Shown piece by piece: positions 49,571 to 61,723 of a DNA stretch of 64,000 nucleotides (positions are counted from its first letter, which is position 1; each line of letters starts with the position of its first letter). The DNA comes from the human T2T-CHM13v2.0 reference genome, Homo sapiens, in contig CP086569.2 in the NCBI GenBank assembly GCA_009914755.4, positions 22,592,001 to 22,656,000 of the forward strand. The letters run 5' to 3'. The notes below the pieces were generated by a model. The model did not search any database. It saw only the letters and a program-made list of their open reading frames with translations, and was not told where the DNA came from. The position numbers and the translations under genes were made by a program.

Positions 49571-50689
49571 TAATGCCTCCAGATTTTGTTCAGGGCCCAG
49601 GGCTTGCTTTTGGAGCTTTCTCCTGATATCTGTGGCTGATTGGGTAATAAATTTATCTTTTAGAATCAACTGAAACTTGAGTCAGTCAGGTGACAGGGGT
49701 GTATATTTTCTTAAGTCCTCCCATAGCTTCTCAAGGAAGGCAGAAGGATTTTCTTCTTTTCCCTGAGTTAAGCTGGACATCGTTGACTAATTCATGGTTT
49801 TTTTTCCTAATTCTCCTTAGTCCTTCTAGAACACAGTTCAATAGATATTTATGACTCCCAGTCCCCATGATCTGAGTCAAGGTCCCAGTGGGGATCCATA
49901 CAAGGGATGGCTTGCTTGACCGGTAGGGAATTTGTGCCTTTCTTCGGCTGTCATTCTATTATTTACTTGACTAAGACACCAGGTATCTCCAAACTCTCAG
50001 GCTGCAGTTAAAGCCACAATCTTTTCATTAAAGGCCAGGGTTTGATCTAAGAATAGCATGACATCTCTCCAAGTGAGATTGAAGGTTTGCTCTATACCCT
50101 TGTAGGACATCTATGTACCTATCAGGATCATCTGAAAACCTCCCCAGGTTTGCCTTGATCTGCTTTAAATCAGAGAGGGAGAAGGGGACATGTACCCAGG
50201 TTAGGCCAATTTCCCCTCCCCCTACAGCTTGAAGGGGACATAACTGATAGCCTGGGGGTTTTTGTGGTCCTTTGGAGATTTCTTTTGCTTGTTTCCCTCT
50301 GGGCAGAGGAGTTTAGTGGAGGCTGGGTATGAAGGTAAGCTGAGAGGTCCTCCTCTAGGATGTAAATTGCAAGCTTTGCATAGTTGTGTATTCTCCTTCA
50401 ATGAAAAGAAAGCTTGGACACAAGGTATTTCACTAAATTTGCTTCCCTCTTACAGAAAAGGTCAAGCTGTAGGAAAGTATTGTAATTTTTACTTCCCTCA
50501 GGTGGCCATTTTTCCCCATCAGGGAGAGAATATTGGGGTCAGGCCATAGTGCAGAAAAAAATAAGCCACCTCTTTTTCAGGGTTTGTGGGTCAAACTGGT
50601 CCCAGTGGCTTAGGATGCATTCCAAGGGTGAACCTGTTGATGCCTGAGTGTTTCCCATCTGAAAGACAAAACCACCAGCAGTTTTGATT

Positions 50690-51100
50690 TGTTTGTTTCT
50701 GCCCCTGCCCAAGAATCCACAATTGTCCCTGGACCCTGCTGATCAGAATAGTTGTGCTCACCAATGCAACAGCAGAAACACCTCTTGCCCAAGAACCCAC
50801 AACAGTCACTGGACCCTGCTGATCACAATAGTTGATTCACTGATGCAGCAGCAGAATCACCTCTTTACCAGAAACCCACAATGGTCCCTGGACCCCGCTG
50901 ATTAGAAAAGTTGCACTCACTGATGCAGCAGCAGAAACATTAGTTTTCCTCCTAGACCACAAAGAGGACTGAGGGAGGTTGGATTTAGTGGCCCTTGCTG
51001 ACACATTCTCAAAAACCTGCACCCTTTCCTGTCCTCCTTGACCACAAAGGGGACCAAGAAAAATTGGATTTAGTGGCTCCTACTGACAGATTCTTGAAAA
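50690..51100 (-). repeat. tandem repeats inside the HERV-9 internal region (element 5' part): ~72-bp unit x ~3.3, then ~70-bp unit x 2
   Basis: cccaagaa.ccacaa..gtc.ctggaccctgctgatca.aatagttg...cac..atgca.cagcagaaa.acctct repeated at 50704, 50776, 50848; ...gaccacaaag.ggac..ag..a..ttggatttagtggc.c.t.ctgaca.attct..aaaac repeated at 50960 and 51040. Confidence 0.6.
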
Positions 51101-51523
51101 CTTTGTAGAGTCCTAAGCATTCTCCTGTTAGTATTGGGACTTTACAACTGTCCTACAATGATGTTACACCCCAAATATGAAGTGGAGGACCATACCCTGA
51201 GTAAGGGAAGGGATCTCAAGAGTTGGAAGATTGATGCTTTTTGTCCTCATATGAATAGGAAAGATACCATTTCTGAAGCTCCCCATATCCTAGCTTCAGG
51301 CATTGCTTTTTTTAGACCTGCTAGTCTAAGGAAGGATCCTAAAATTCCAGATAGTAACCCCAACCCATGATGGGGCTTTGGGCAAAAATTATGTCTTTGT
51401 GATTGGTGAGCCTGGAGAGCTAAAGAAGGTAAAAGCACCCTGAAGTTTATACTAGAAATCATTCTTATAGGATGAACTAGAAAACTCCAGTGACAAGGAG
51501 TGGTTTTTAGAAGCAGGACTAAC

Positions 51524-51829
51524 CTAGGAGAAGAAAGGCAAGAGGAAGTTTGTCTGACAAGCATTAGGACCCAGGAGGCAAGCATCATGATAGATAGGAT
51601 AGACGGGTGAGTCTCGCTTGGGCGACATGACTTTGAGAGTTCTGCTCATGGCTGCTGGGTCAATCAACTTGTTGGGACCCCACAACTGAATGGCTTTCCT
51701 CTCTGGTGACCCGCGGCTCATCCCAGAAGTACAGGAAAAGCAGAAGCTGGTTCCAGGCAAATCAACACTCCCAACTCCGAAGAGTCTGAGTTTGTTAGAG
51801 CGCCTTTTCCCAGAAAGCCTGACACCCAA
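51524..51829 (-). pseudogene. gag: candidate gag N-terminus (MG... start ~140 nt downstream of PBS on element strand)
   Basis: Minus-strand ORF MGVRLSGKRRSNKLRLFG... begins just 3' of the PBS, where gag normally starts; the sequence itself is not diagnostic. Confidence 0.35.
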
Positions 51830-51965
51830 GTCTTTAGTGTGGTGGCCATGCTAGTTGCTCTTAACAGGCCAACAGGTACCCAGCATTTAGTCTCTGAATT
51901 CTAAGGAAAAATAAGACAAAATAGCAAGTGAAAGGGGTCCCATGATACTCACTGCTTAGTGAGTG

Positions 51966-51983
51966 TCCCTTCAGGGTCGCCAA
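51966..51983 (-). promoter_or_regulatory. primer-binding site complementary to the tRNA-Arg 3' end (TGGCGACCCTGAAGGGAC on the element strand)
   Basis: + strand gtcccttcagggtcgcca. The canonical ERV9 Arg PBS is TGGCGACCACGAAGGGAC (16 of 18 match); located 4 nt from the LTR end. Confidence 0.7.
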
Positions 51984-51987
51984 AACA

Positions 51988-52716
51988 TGTCCAGAATTGG
52001 TTGCTTCTGGTGAGTTCTTGGTTTCACTGACTACAAGAATGAAGCCTTGGACCCTCGCAGTGAGTATTACAGTTCTTAAAGATGGTGTGCCCAGAGTTTG
52101 TTCTTTCAAATGTTCAGATGTGTCTGGAGTTTATTCCTTCCAGTCAGTTTGTTATCTTGCTGACTTTACGAGTTAAGCCACAGACCTGGGCAGTGAGTTT
52201 TACAGCTCTTAAACGTGGCATGTCCAGAGTTGTTTGTTCCTCCTGGTGGGTTTGTGGTCTTGCTGACTTCAGGAATGAAGCCACAGAGCTTCATGGTGAG
52301 TGTTACAGCTCACAAAGGTAATGCAGACCCAAAGAGTGAGCAGCAGCAAGACTTATTATGAAGAGCAAAAGAACAAAGCTTTCACAGAGTGGAAAGGGAC
52401 CCAAGCAGGTTGCTGCTGCTGGCTGGGGTGGCCAGCCTTTATTGTTTTGTTTGTTCTCACCCACATTCTGTTGGTTGGTCCATTTTATAGAGTGCTGATT
52501 GGTGTGTTTACAAACCTTTAGCTAGACACAGAGCACTGATTGGTGCATGTTTATGGAGTGCTGATTGGGGCATTTACAAACCTTCAGCTAGACACAGAGT
52601 GCTGATTAGTGTGTTTCTACAGAGTGCTGATTAGTGCACTTACAATCTTTTAGCTAGACAGAAAACTTCTCTGAGTCCCCACTCAACCCAGGAAGTTCAG
52701 GTGGCTTCACCTCTCA
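51988..52716 (-). repeat. 5' LTR (LTR12-family) of the HERV-9-type provirus
   Basis: Homologous to 45297-45960; the element-strand 5' end is TGAGAGGTGAAGCCACCTGAACTTCCTGGG at 52716; multiple GATTGG-containing ~40-bp units. Confidence 0.8.
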
Positions 52717-53129
52717 AAACCATTAGCAAAATTAAATCAGGAAAGTGACAGGATTAAATTTGTGCTTGTAAATAAATATTTTGCCATTACAATTACCAAT
52801 ACTAACCCTGTATTTCCTGATTTGGTAGTTACATGATGGTAATTTGGGAGAGTGTTTCTACTTTTTGTAAAACACAGTGGGATATTTTGAATGAAGCTGC
52901 AAATATGGCACAGCAACAACCAGTCGGGAATCTGGGAGAAAGGATAAAGTATACTAACTGCTATTTCAAGTTTCCTAGAGGTATAAAACTATTGGGAAGT
53001 AAACTCCTTTTCAATGAAAACAACCATGTCAATACCATGTCACTAAAGCAGAGACAACGACATCAAACTTCATTATAGGAGCGAAATCCAGCTCAGTGGA
53101 AGCTGTGAAACCAACTGCCTTTGTAAGTG

Positions 53130-53730
53130 TAGGAATGTTATGTCAGTATTACAGGTCTTACATCTGTATGACAGGTGTCACATCAGTATTTACGGGTGTT
53201 ACATCAGTGTTATTGTTGTTCTATTTGTATTACAAATGTTACAGTGGTATTAGGAGTGCTATATTAGTATTATATGTGTTAGATCAATATGAAAGTTGTT
53301 ACATCAGTATGAAAGTTGTTATATTTGTATTGCAGATGCCATATTGGTATTATGAGTTGTATGTTGGTATTGTGAGTGTTACAGTTGTATTACAGGTGTC
53401 AAGAGAGCACTATAGATGTTACATCAGTGTTATGGATGTTTCATTTGTATTGTGAATCGACATTGGTGTTATGAGAGTTAGAGTTCTATTAAGGGTGTTT
53501 GATCAGTATTAGGGTGATTATATTTGTATTTCAGATGCTATATTGGTATTCTGAGTGTTTTATTGCTGTTATGAGTCTTACAGTTGTATTACAGGTGTCA
53601 GATCAATATTACAGTTGTTACATTAGTATTACAAGTGTCACAACTGTATTATGGGTGATATATTTGTTTACAGATGTATCTCCATTGTAGGTGTTATAAT
53701 TGTGTGACAAATGCTATATTTGTGTCACGA
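53130..53730. repeat. minisatellite, ~20-bp unit (consensus roughly GTATTACAGGTGTTACATCA), ~30 degenerate copies
   Basis: gtattacaggtcttacatctgtatgacaggtgtcacatcagtatttacgggtgttacatcagtgttattg... periodic; the ORFs at 53096-53690 are repeat translations (CY/SV/YY-rich). Confidence 0.85.
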
Positions 53731-53789
53731 GGTCATGGCGTGCACCTGGCATTGTGGTCACCACACTTGGGTGTGGGGAAAGTCCTTGG

Positions 53790-54800
53790 GGTGCACTAGA
53801 GCCATAGGAATATTTTTTTGTTTCTAATTTTCCACACAAAACCCTTCTAGTGGGTCCCTGATCCTCAGCAGTTAGAGGAAGGTTTTTACTTATCTCTGCC
53901 TCCAACTGGAGTGAGGCAGTGTGGCTGGAGTCTGTGCTGAGGAGAATGGAGCTCTCATCCTCAGGTGGCATGTGCTGAACACGCGGGTCCTCCAAGGGTC
54001 AGAAAAGGCAGGCTCATGTGTCCCGTACTGGCTGCTGGCAGAACTGCAGGACCCAGGTGGTCATGGTGAGGCAGCTGTGCATTCTTTTCTGACTGGCCAG
54101 GGGCACTAAATAAAAGCAGACTTCAGATTGTTCAGTGCCATCATTTTGGAAATTCCAACTGAAATGCTGCCTGTTATCCTGGGTTTTCTTGTTGTTGTTT
54201 GTTTTTTGCTGAAAATGATGAAGGGACCATTAACCGGAAACCACAGACAATGAAATGAACAGAGATGGCACATTTTACAACTTACAGAAAATTTTTCTCA
54301 ACATAGTCCTGAGACTTACAGTGTAAAACTATTCAACTTGTAGAAGAAAGCACAGAAAGAGACCTATGTGACCTTGGGTTTGGTCATGAGTTTTAACATA
54401 AGACACTAAAGCTTATCCATAACAGAAAAAAATAATTAACAATGTAGGCCTTCTCATATTAAAAGTTTACACTCTGCATAAAATCTTCTTCAGGAAACAG
54501 AAAGATAAGCCACAGTCTGAGAAGAGATATCTGCAAAATACAGATCTAAGCAAGAACTTGCCCTGAAAATACACAAAGAAATATTGAAACTCAACAATAA
54601 GACAGACTATCCAATTAAAAATGGGTAAAGAGCTGAGCAGCTACCTCATCAATGAAGATACACAGATGGTAAGCAAACAAAAAGATGCTCAATCTTGTAT
54701 ATCATTAAGGGAGTGACAGTCACAACAGTGAGATAGCATGGCCCATCTATATTTGCTAGAACTGTGAAACTCTGTTCAAAACATGACAAATGATTTGCTG
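53790..54800 (+). repeat. copy B of the intra-window direct duplication (partner 20640-21620), including the same old L1 fragment (~54430-54800)
   Basis: See copy A; e.g. ...gcagacttcagattgttcagtgccatcattttggaaattcc..., ...tatgtgaccttgggtttggtcatgagttttaacat.agaca..aaag....t.cataacagaaaaaa.taatta.caat.tag.c.ttctcatattaaaagttta. Confidence 0.7.
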
Positions 54801-57800
54801 AAGGAAAGACAGGTGACTTGGGATAAATTATGTATGACTAAAATTTCACATACTGCTTAAAATCTATTTCAAAAAACAATATGCTTAACAATTACCTTAA
54901 GTTCTTTCATACAATTTACAGATTGATTGAGTTCCTCCTTTTTTGCATTAATAACTAGGAGCTCCCCTTGCAAACAAACAGCTTTTCCTGAAATAAACAG
55001 CCCATTAAACACCACAATATTTTCCTAGTGAATATAAAAGCTGTTTAACATTCATGGCCAGTATGCCAGACCTAATGATCATTATTTTAAAATATGAAAT
55101 AGCATATGTAGGGGTTAAAACTTTCATGGGCAAGTGAGAAATAACACTGTATCTGCCATGTATGTCATGAAATTCCACCTGCTAAACATGTTAAGCAGAG
55201 TTACACCATCTGCTCAGAGCATAAGGCCCTAATACTCATAGTTCTTAACTTCCTTGAAGACAAAGATCTGTCTGTTATTACATTGTAACAGTCAATAATG
55301 TTACTGTACCAAAGTTATTATGTTGTCATTTTCATTTCATCTGTCATGAATCTCTGTAGCTATATCACCAAAGTATAATTTATTACCTAGCTGATGGTAC
55401 TAACCCATAAAAGAAGAGTTAGTCTCCACAAGATAGTAGTAAAAGGTGAAGTCACTTATAGGGTGTCTGGTCAACATCGAGTACCCATCCTTGGTTTACT
55501 TCCAAGAATCTATTTGAAATTTCTACCAAAAATTTACTTCTCATTATAGGCAATTTCCTAGAGACACATTGAAATGTAGAATGTCAGAAGATTGAAAAGT
55601 TACTCATCTTCCAGTCTCAGGCCAATACATACAAGAATACAGGAAGTTATATATCAAGTAAAATATTATAAATAAAAAATACATTAGAAGCCAATGAAAT
55701 AAGAAACTATGCCACATGGGACAGAGAAGTTAAACTTTTTTGTAAGTGTAAAATAAAGTATCTCATGGTTAGGAGTAATATGTACCACAGGCAATAAGTT
55801 GCTGCCAACTTCTGGACACTTACACATTTATCAAAATATCTTGAAATCAAGTTGAGTAAAATATCCAGGATAAATCACAGGCCTTTCTGAATGCATATAA
55901 TATTAAACATGAGGGTTTCTCAAAACTCAGTGAAGACAATGTTTTTAATTTTTTATAATTAGAATTACAAAAAAATGTGTAATTTTGTAGGAACAATGGA
56001 GTATAAGCTATATTTTTTCAGAATACAGGACAGGAACAGACCCAACTTGGGAAGCTAATCAACTTTATCAGAACTGAAAAATACGCTTCTTTCCCCACCC
56101 AAACATCACCTTTATTCTTCCTTTCATCTTCAATCAGTACATTAGTTCTAGTGATGTGGTCCTCCTTTAGTTGAAGTTGATACATGCGAATCAGAACGAC
56201 TAAATATGAGTTCCTCGGTTATCTTTATGGAAAGACCATTATCAATGCAGATAATCTACGTCAGAGCTGCAACTGAGGGCACTGAACACGACATTTTGTA
56301 AACTTCAAAGTCCCTCAGTGCTAAATCCAGGGATCTAACTTCCGAACATAAAATGTCCAGTAAAATGTTGCCTTGATGCTATAAAGCTTACTCACACAAA
56401 ATGGAGGGTTGTGTTGTTATGAGGTTACTGAAAGCATCACTTTTCAGTTGGTCTCAGCTGACCCAAAGAGCACAGAAGAAAATTAAATTTACAGAGCACA
56501 CAACAGACTCAATCCCAAATGATAATTAGACAGTCACTTCCAATCCACTTGTCGTATCTGCCAACCCCAAACCAATGTAACAAATTTTGTGCCCAGGGAC
56601 CAAGCACAGTCCTGGGAAACATGTGCCAAGGGCATTATATCTGAATTAGCAATACCCAAAGGCACATTTTCAAATTTTCACTTTTCTTTCCAAGCGGTTA
56701 CAAGCTGCCCTTTTGGTTCCAAAAGGACAAAGAAACACTCCTGTGGTGAACAGTTTCCAAACTCCAACACTCGCCAAAGTTGTATGAGAATCGCCAAAGC
56801 CAGACAGACCCCATGCAGACGGTAGAAGCTGTAACTATGATACCAAATAGTTCACTAGCTCCACAACAGTATAAATTAACACACATACTTTAATTCATTT
56901 ATTCCTAAAATTTCAGTAAAGAACTTTCCAGGTTCCTTATTTTAGTATAGAAACAGACACAGAGAATGTGGGTAAAATACATCATTTCAGAATTGATTAA
57001 AAAAAACTGTCCAATAAAAAACATAGAATTTGTTTGAAGAATAACTTCAACAAGTGTTTGCAAGTATTATGTAATGGAATATTGATGGTAAATTATGAGG
57101 AAGGTGATAAAAATAGGCCACATAAATGCCCAGAGCACGTGAGTCCTTTCCTCATGACACATTTATGACAAATATTAACTGAGCACTTTTTATGTGTCAG
57201 ATGCTTTCACACCCACTGAAAATTACCACAAGTACATAGTATCTTAGCACTGAGATATTACTCACTGATACAAAAGTTCAGAGTAAAGAAAAGCCAAAAT
57301 AACAAAAGTAGTCTATTTTTTCCTTTCCCTATATCACATTTTCCTCACATAGTTAATTTTAGCTCTTTTGATTCTGACTTTGCAGAATCATAAAGGAATA
57401 CAAGGCCCATGGACACTGACAAATACTATGACAGCTATGTATAATTTATATATTGTTAGATATTCCCATCTTTGTGGCAGTATGAGTGGGGTAGAGGAAA
57501 AGGTGACTAAAAGTGATTATAATTCAACTTTTGCAGCTTATCTACTATGCAACCTGAGCAAGTCACAAGGTGCCCTGAAAGTTAAAGCAAATTACAGCCC
57601 TCAACAAATGTTAGAGATGCCATGAGTAACAAGAAAAGAGGGTGTGTTTCTCTATAGCTTATCTTTTAAAAACTACCTTAACTCAAATGCAGGAAAGTAT
57701 TGGCTATTGATAGACATATATATTTTTTCAAACACTAAAGTTTGCATAAGATATTAATCATAGACTACTTCCTCAGTTTTTGTTATACTTCTACCAACTT

Positions 57801-58377
57801 AATTTATACATACTACTTCTTTAAAAGTGCCAAACAATTACTTTAGAATTTTGCTCCTGAGCTTTCTGTCATAGCTCTCCTCAAGAGACTTTGTATTCTG
57901 CTCTCATCTTCTAAGTCCTCACTCATGCTGTTATGTTTTTCTGGAGCTTCTGGGTCCAGAAATTAGCAATAAATAAATAAATAAACAAATACATGAATAA
58001 AGTAAATGAACCATAATAACTGAGTTAACAAATTTAGGAAAAACATCATGTGACATGCTTTTAGTTTAACAGATGAAAACTGCTAATGACCATTACTGCT
58101 GGGAAATAGAAGAAAAGAGCCAGAAGTCCTCAGCGTATTTTATGAACTGGCCTGGTTACAGGGTATTAAAACCAGCAGAACCAGGGGGCTGTGGCATCTG
58201 ACTGAGAAGAGTGGGAGAGTCTCTGACTAAGGGAAGTGGGAGAGCCTCAAGAGGGAAGTGGTTTCTCATGGTAGATAATTAACACTTAAACAATAGTTAC
58301 AGTGATAAATGGCCAAAATCAATTCTGGGATGAAAGAATGATACTATTAGTTACAAACTAATAAAGGTGTACTTATG

Positions 58378-58660
58378 GGCTGGACACTTTCGCTCATGTC
58401 TGTAGTCCCAGCAGTTTTGGAGGCCAAGGTGGGTGGATCACCTGAGTTCAGGAGTTTCAGATCAGCCTGGACAACATGGTGAAACCCTGTCTCTACTAAA
58501 AATACAAAATTAACTGGGAATGGTGGTGCATGCCTGTAATCCCAGGTACTCAGGAGGCTGAGGCAGGAGAATCACCTGAACCCAGAGGCGGTGGTTGCAG
58601 TGAGCCAAGATTGTACCATTGCACTCCAGCCTGGGTGACAAGAGTGAAACACCATCTCAG

Positions 58661-58672
<12 letters not shown>
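58378..58672 (+). mobile_element. Alu SINE followed by (AAAGA)n
   Basis: GGGCTGGACACTTTCGCTCATGTCTGTAGTCCCAGCAGTTTTGGAGGCCAAGGTGGGTGGATCACCTGAG ... poly(A) aagaaaagaaaagaaaagaaataaaag. Confidence 0.9.
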
Positions 58673-58691
<19 letters not shown>

Positions 58692-58821
58692 TAAAAGAAA
58701 GTATATTTATGTACCCGAATCTTCTATAATGCTATTTCTAACTGTGGGGTTCAGTTAATTAGTCCATATATATTTACATTACAATATTTGCTTTTGTCGC
58801 TTAATAATGTATCAGCTTTAG

Positions 58822-58960
58822 CCAAGTGTGGTCACCTGCACCTGTAATTAGAGCTTTTCAGAAGGCTGAGGTAGGAGGATCACTTGAGCCCAAGAGTTTG
58901 AGATCAGCCTGGGCAACATAGGAAGACCCTGTCTCTTAACCCAATACCAAAACAAAACCA
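58822..58960 (+). mobile_element. Alu-monomer-like fragment
   Basis: GCCAAGTGTGGTCACCTGCACCTGTAATTAGAGCTTTTCAGAAGGCTGAGGTAGGAGGATCACTTGAGCCCAAGAGTTTGAGATCAGCCTGGGCAACATAGGAAGACCCTGTCTC. Confidence 0.6.
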
Positions 58961-59179
58961 AAATAAAACAAAACAAGAAAACCATGAAAAACAAGGACCA
59001 TTGATTGAATATTGAAGTATTCAAAGAGAGAGCAAAAGATAGATATATCATTCAGGACTTCCAAATACTTAAGAATAGAATGGTCTTCATAGTGAGACTT
59101 CAAATCAATTATAATTTATTCTTAACCATACTTATTCTTAACTATTCCAAATACTTAAAAACAGAATAGTCTTTATAGT

Positions 59180-59450
59180 GTCCATAGTGAGACTTCAAAT
59201 CAACCATAGTATCAATTCCATATGTGTGTATATATATATGTATATCAATTCCATATGTGTGTATATATATGTATATCAATTACATATGTGTGCATATGTA
59301 TATATATATATACAGAGAGAGAGACGAGAGACAGGGTCCTGCAGTGTTATCCATGACTGTATATATATGTATGTATGTGTGTATATATTTATGATATATA
59401 TATGATATATTTTATATATATATATTTGATATATATTTGGATAAGGGACT
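59180..59450. repeat. compound (TA)n/(TG)n/(GA)n simple-repeat region with a 33-bp internal duplication
   Basis: tcaattccatatgtgtgtatatatatatgtatatcaattccatatgtgtgtatatatatgtatatcaattacatatgtgtgcatatgtatatatatatatacagagagagagacgagagac. Confidence 0.8.
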
Positions 59451-61588
59451 GAGATGTTAAACAACTAAGTAGTATACATTCCAGAAGGCATGTTAGGAAT
59501 ATATGGAAATGTAGTTTAACAGGATTTGGAGGAGTAAATACTATGAAGCTAGAATAACTAGTTGAATAAGGCTGAAACCTTGCATTCCAACAAGGAAGAC
59601 GTATATTCGTTTAAACCTGTTGTGTTTTCACTAGCTTTGAATGACACTATGCTTTTATCAGGGAGAGAAGGGGGTTGATATTCCAGGTGAGGAAATACAG
59701 ACATGGTGCTTTTTATGAGGCTGGCAGTCTTCCTCAAAGCTTTCAGATACTTGCAGTTAAATACACAGGAATCTAGTCAGTCAACTGTCTTGAAGATGAA
59801 GTTATTAGTCTAAAAACATTTCAATCACCTTGAAGATCTGTGCTTCCAAAACTCATTTTTATAGCTGAAGCAAGCCCAATTCACAGAAGTGCTATATAAA
59901 ATTTTAGAGGGGTGCCCCTCACATTACATAACTAGGTCTCAATGAGAAGTCCTAAGCAAGAGTGGACCCTAGGGGGACGCCTTCCTACTGTTAATGTCTG
60001 GAAGCAGCCATTCTGTATGTATGCTGGAAATACTGCAGTAAATCCAGTCTGGTCTGAGACATACCCTTGGAAAAGGAGTAAGATTTCTTAAAGGAGTAGA
60101 TCTAATCCCACTTGCCAACTTGGGACTCCCTGCCACTTCTCATCGTCTTCGTGTCCTATCCAGTTACTTTCCTGCTGATGATATCAAATGGCCACATGGA
60201 TGACCCTTGTGGCTCTGGTGACTCCTTTACCCCAGGGATCTTCACTCTTGCTCGTTTCCATGGCTGCCTCCAATGGCAGCATACTGTCTTTGATTTCCAG
60301 TCTCCACCTGAATGCTCATTCTGCAGTTCTGTACTCTTGGGCCATCCTTATTCTTCCACCTGCCAGTCTTTCCAGATCTGGTCCTTGATCACTGAGACTG
60401 CCACTGAACCCTCCCTTTCTCCCATGTTAGCAGCCACCTGCCGTCTCCTCTGCTTCCCTTCACTACCCAAGAGAGCCCCAGAATCCTCAATTAAATAGGC
60501 TGCCTTTCTCAATTAAAACAAATTAGGCTCTGCAAGCCTCCATTTCTGAAGCATCTCCATCTTTCCACCCTCAGTGAAAGGGACAGAAGAGAAAGACACT
60601 TACAATTCCTCCACAGAGCTAGAACAGGAAACTCACCTACAAGTATGTGGTTTGGTTCCTCTCAATTCCAGGCTAGCCCAACCACAGTTGGGCCCTCAGT
60701 ACAGGTGATCAGTCCTCTCTGCTTTAAGGAGCTATTCTTCCCTTACCCACATGAGCTAGTCTGCACCTCCAAGCTGCTCCTACAACTCATTATCTATCCC
60801 TCTAAATTGTCTGAGTATATGGAGCTTTTCAAGGGTGTGTTTTTCATTATCCCAAGTTGACTGTTCATCTTTGCAATTCTTGCCTTTCCACCAGTCTCAG
60901 AGGAAGCAAATATGTGTATCCTTTTCAAGGTCCATCCTTCTTTCTATTTGATTCTTTTGCCCTCTTGGCTCCAGTCCCTATGGCACTTCTGGGGCATTGT
61001 TCCATCACTTGTACAATCTTGTTCCTGGATCTTGAGACAACCTACTGATAGCTGCAGGAATTAGCCACCCAGTGAAATATTTGTAAATACCACCTCATGG
61101 TGCTTGTCATTTATCTAAGGGATACTCTTTTCACAAAGAATGAGGGCTTCAGATTGTGCTTGACAAGCATTATCAAAATCATTCTGGAACACAACTAATT
61201 CCTTCTCATACTTTCTTTTCACTTCCATTTCAATTTTTGTTATCTTGGCATCTTTAAAAAACTTCAATGGCAAATTGATCAAAAAATTAAAATTCCAACT
61301 ATTACACTATAAAAACAGTAACAAATTATTTCTCCAGAGCTAGGCCCAACATTAATGCTGTGTCCAAATATGTTGTCCAAATATGTTCTATTTATTTCAT
61401 CTATACTTTTTTCTCATTCACTGTATCTGTAGGACTCACTCAAAAGACATAAACAAATGTCGTGAGAAAAAAATATGCACAACAGTATACTATCACATTC
61501 TGTATTAAAAGTTCTAGATATTTTTGATAGACCTAAGATTAAGTCTTTAGAAGACAAACTTGTGAAGAGTAATAAGATAAAACTTACC

Positions 61589-61723
61589 TTTTGACATGTT
61601 TCTGCCCAATTTGCTCTTCTACTTCTCTTTTATATTCACTTGGCTTTATTTCCAAAGACTCAATCTTGATATGCTGAGGGTAAGCCTCTGCAAACTGATC
61701 ATCTATAAGCCCAAACTTCTCAG
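61589..61723 (-). CDS. candidate internal coding exon (135 nt) with canonical splice sites; gene unidentified
   Basis: Minus strand: ...ctgttgcttttcaatAG|CTGAGAAGTTTGGGCTTATAGATGATCAG...CATGTCAAAG|GTAAGttttat. One frame is open across the whole exon ([44 protein letters not shown]). Polypyrimidine tract + AG acceptor and AAAG|GTAAG donor. Confidence 0.3.

Larger units (their letters stand above)
45297..52716 (-). mobile_element. HERV-9 / ERV9-type (class I, LTR12-family LTRs) provirus, 7.4 kb, reverse orientation, with 4-bp target-site duplication AAAC
   Basis: Two homologous LTRs with the characteristic GATTGG (CCAAT on the element strand) tandem units and ...gtgagtgttacagctc..aaag... repeats. 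Identical AAAC immediately outside both ends (45293-45296 and 52717-52720). tRNA-Arg-like PBS adjacent to the 5' LTR; gammaretroviral RT/RNaseH ORFs on the minus strand. Confidence 0.85.

Noticed and set aside
53096-53690. 119-aa and 63-aa ORFs rich in C/Y/V/S
   Set aside because: Periodic translation of the 20-bp minisatellite.
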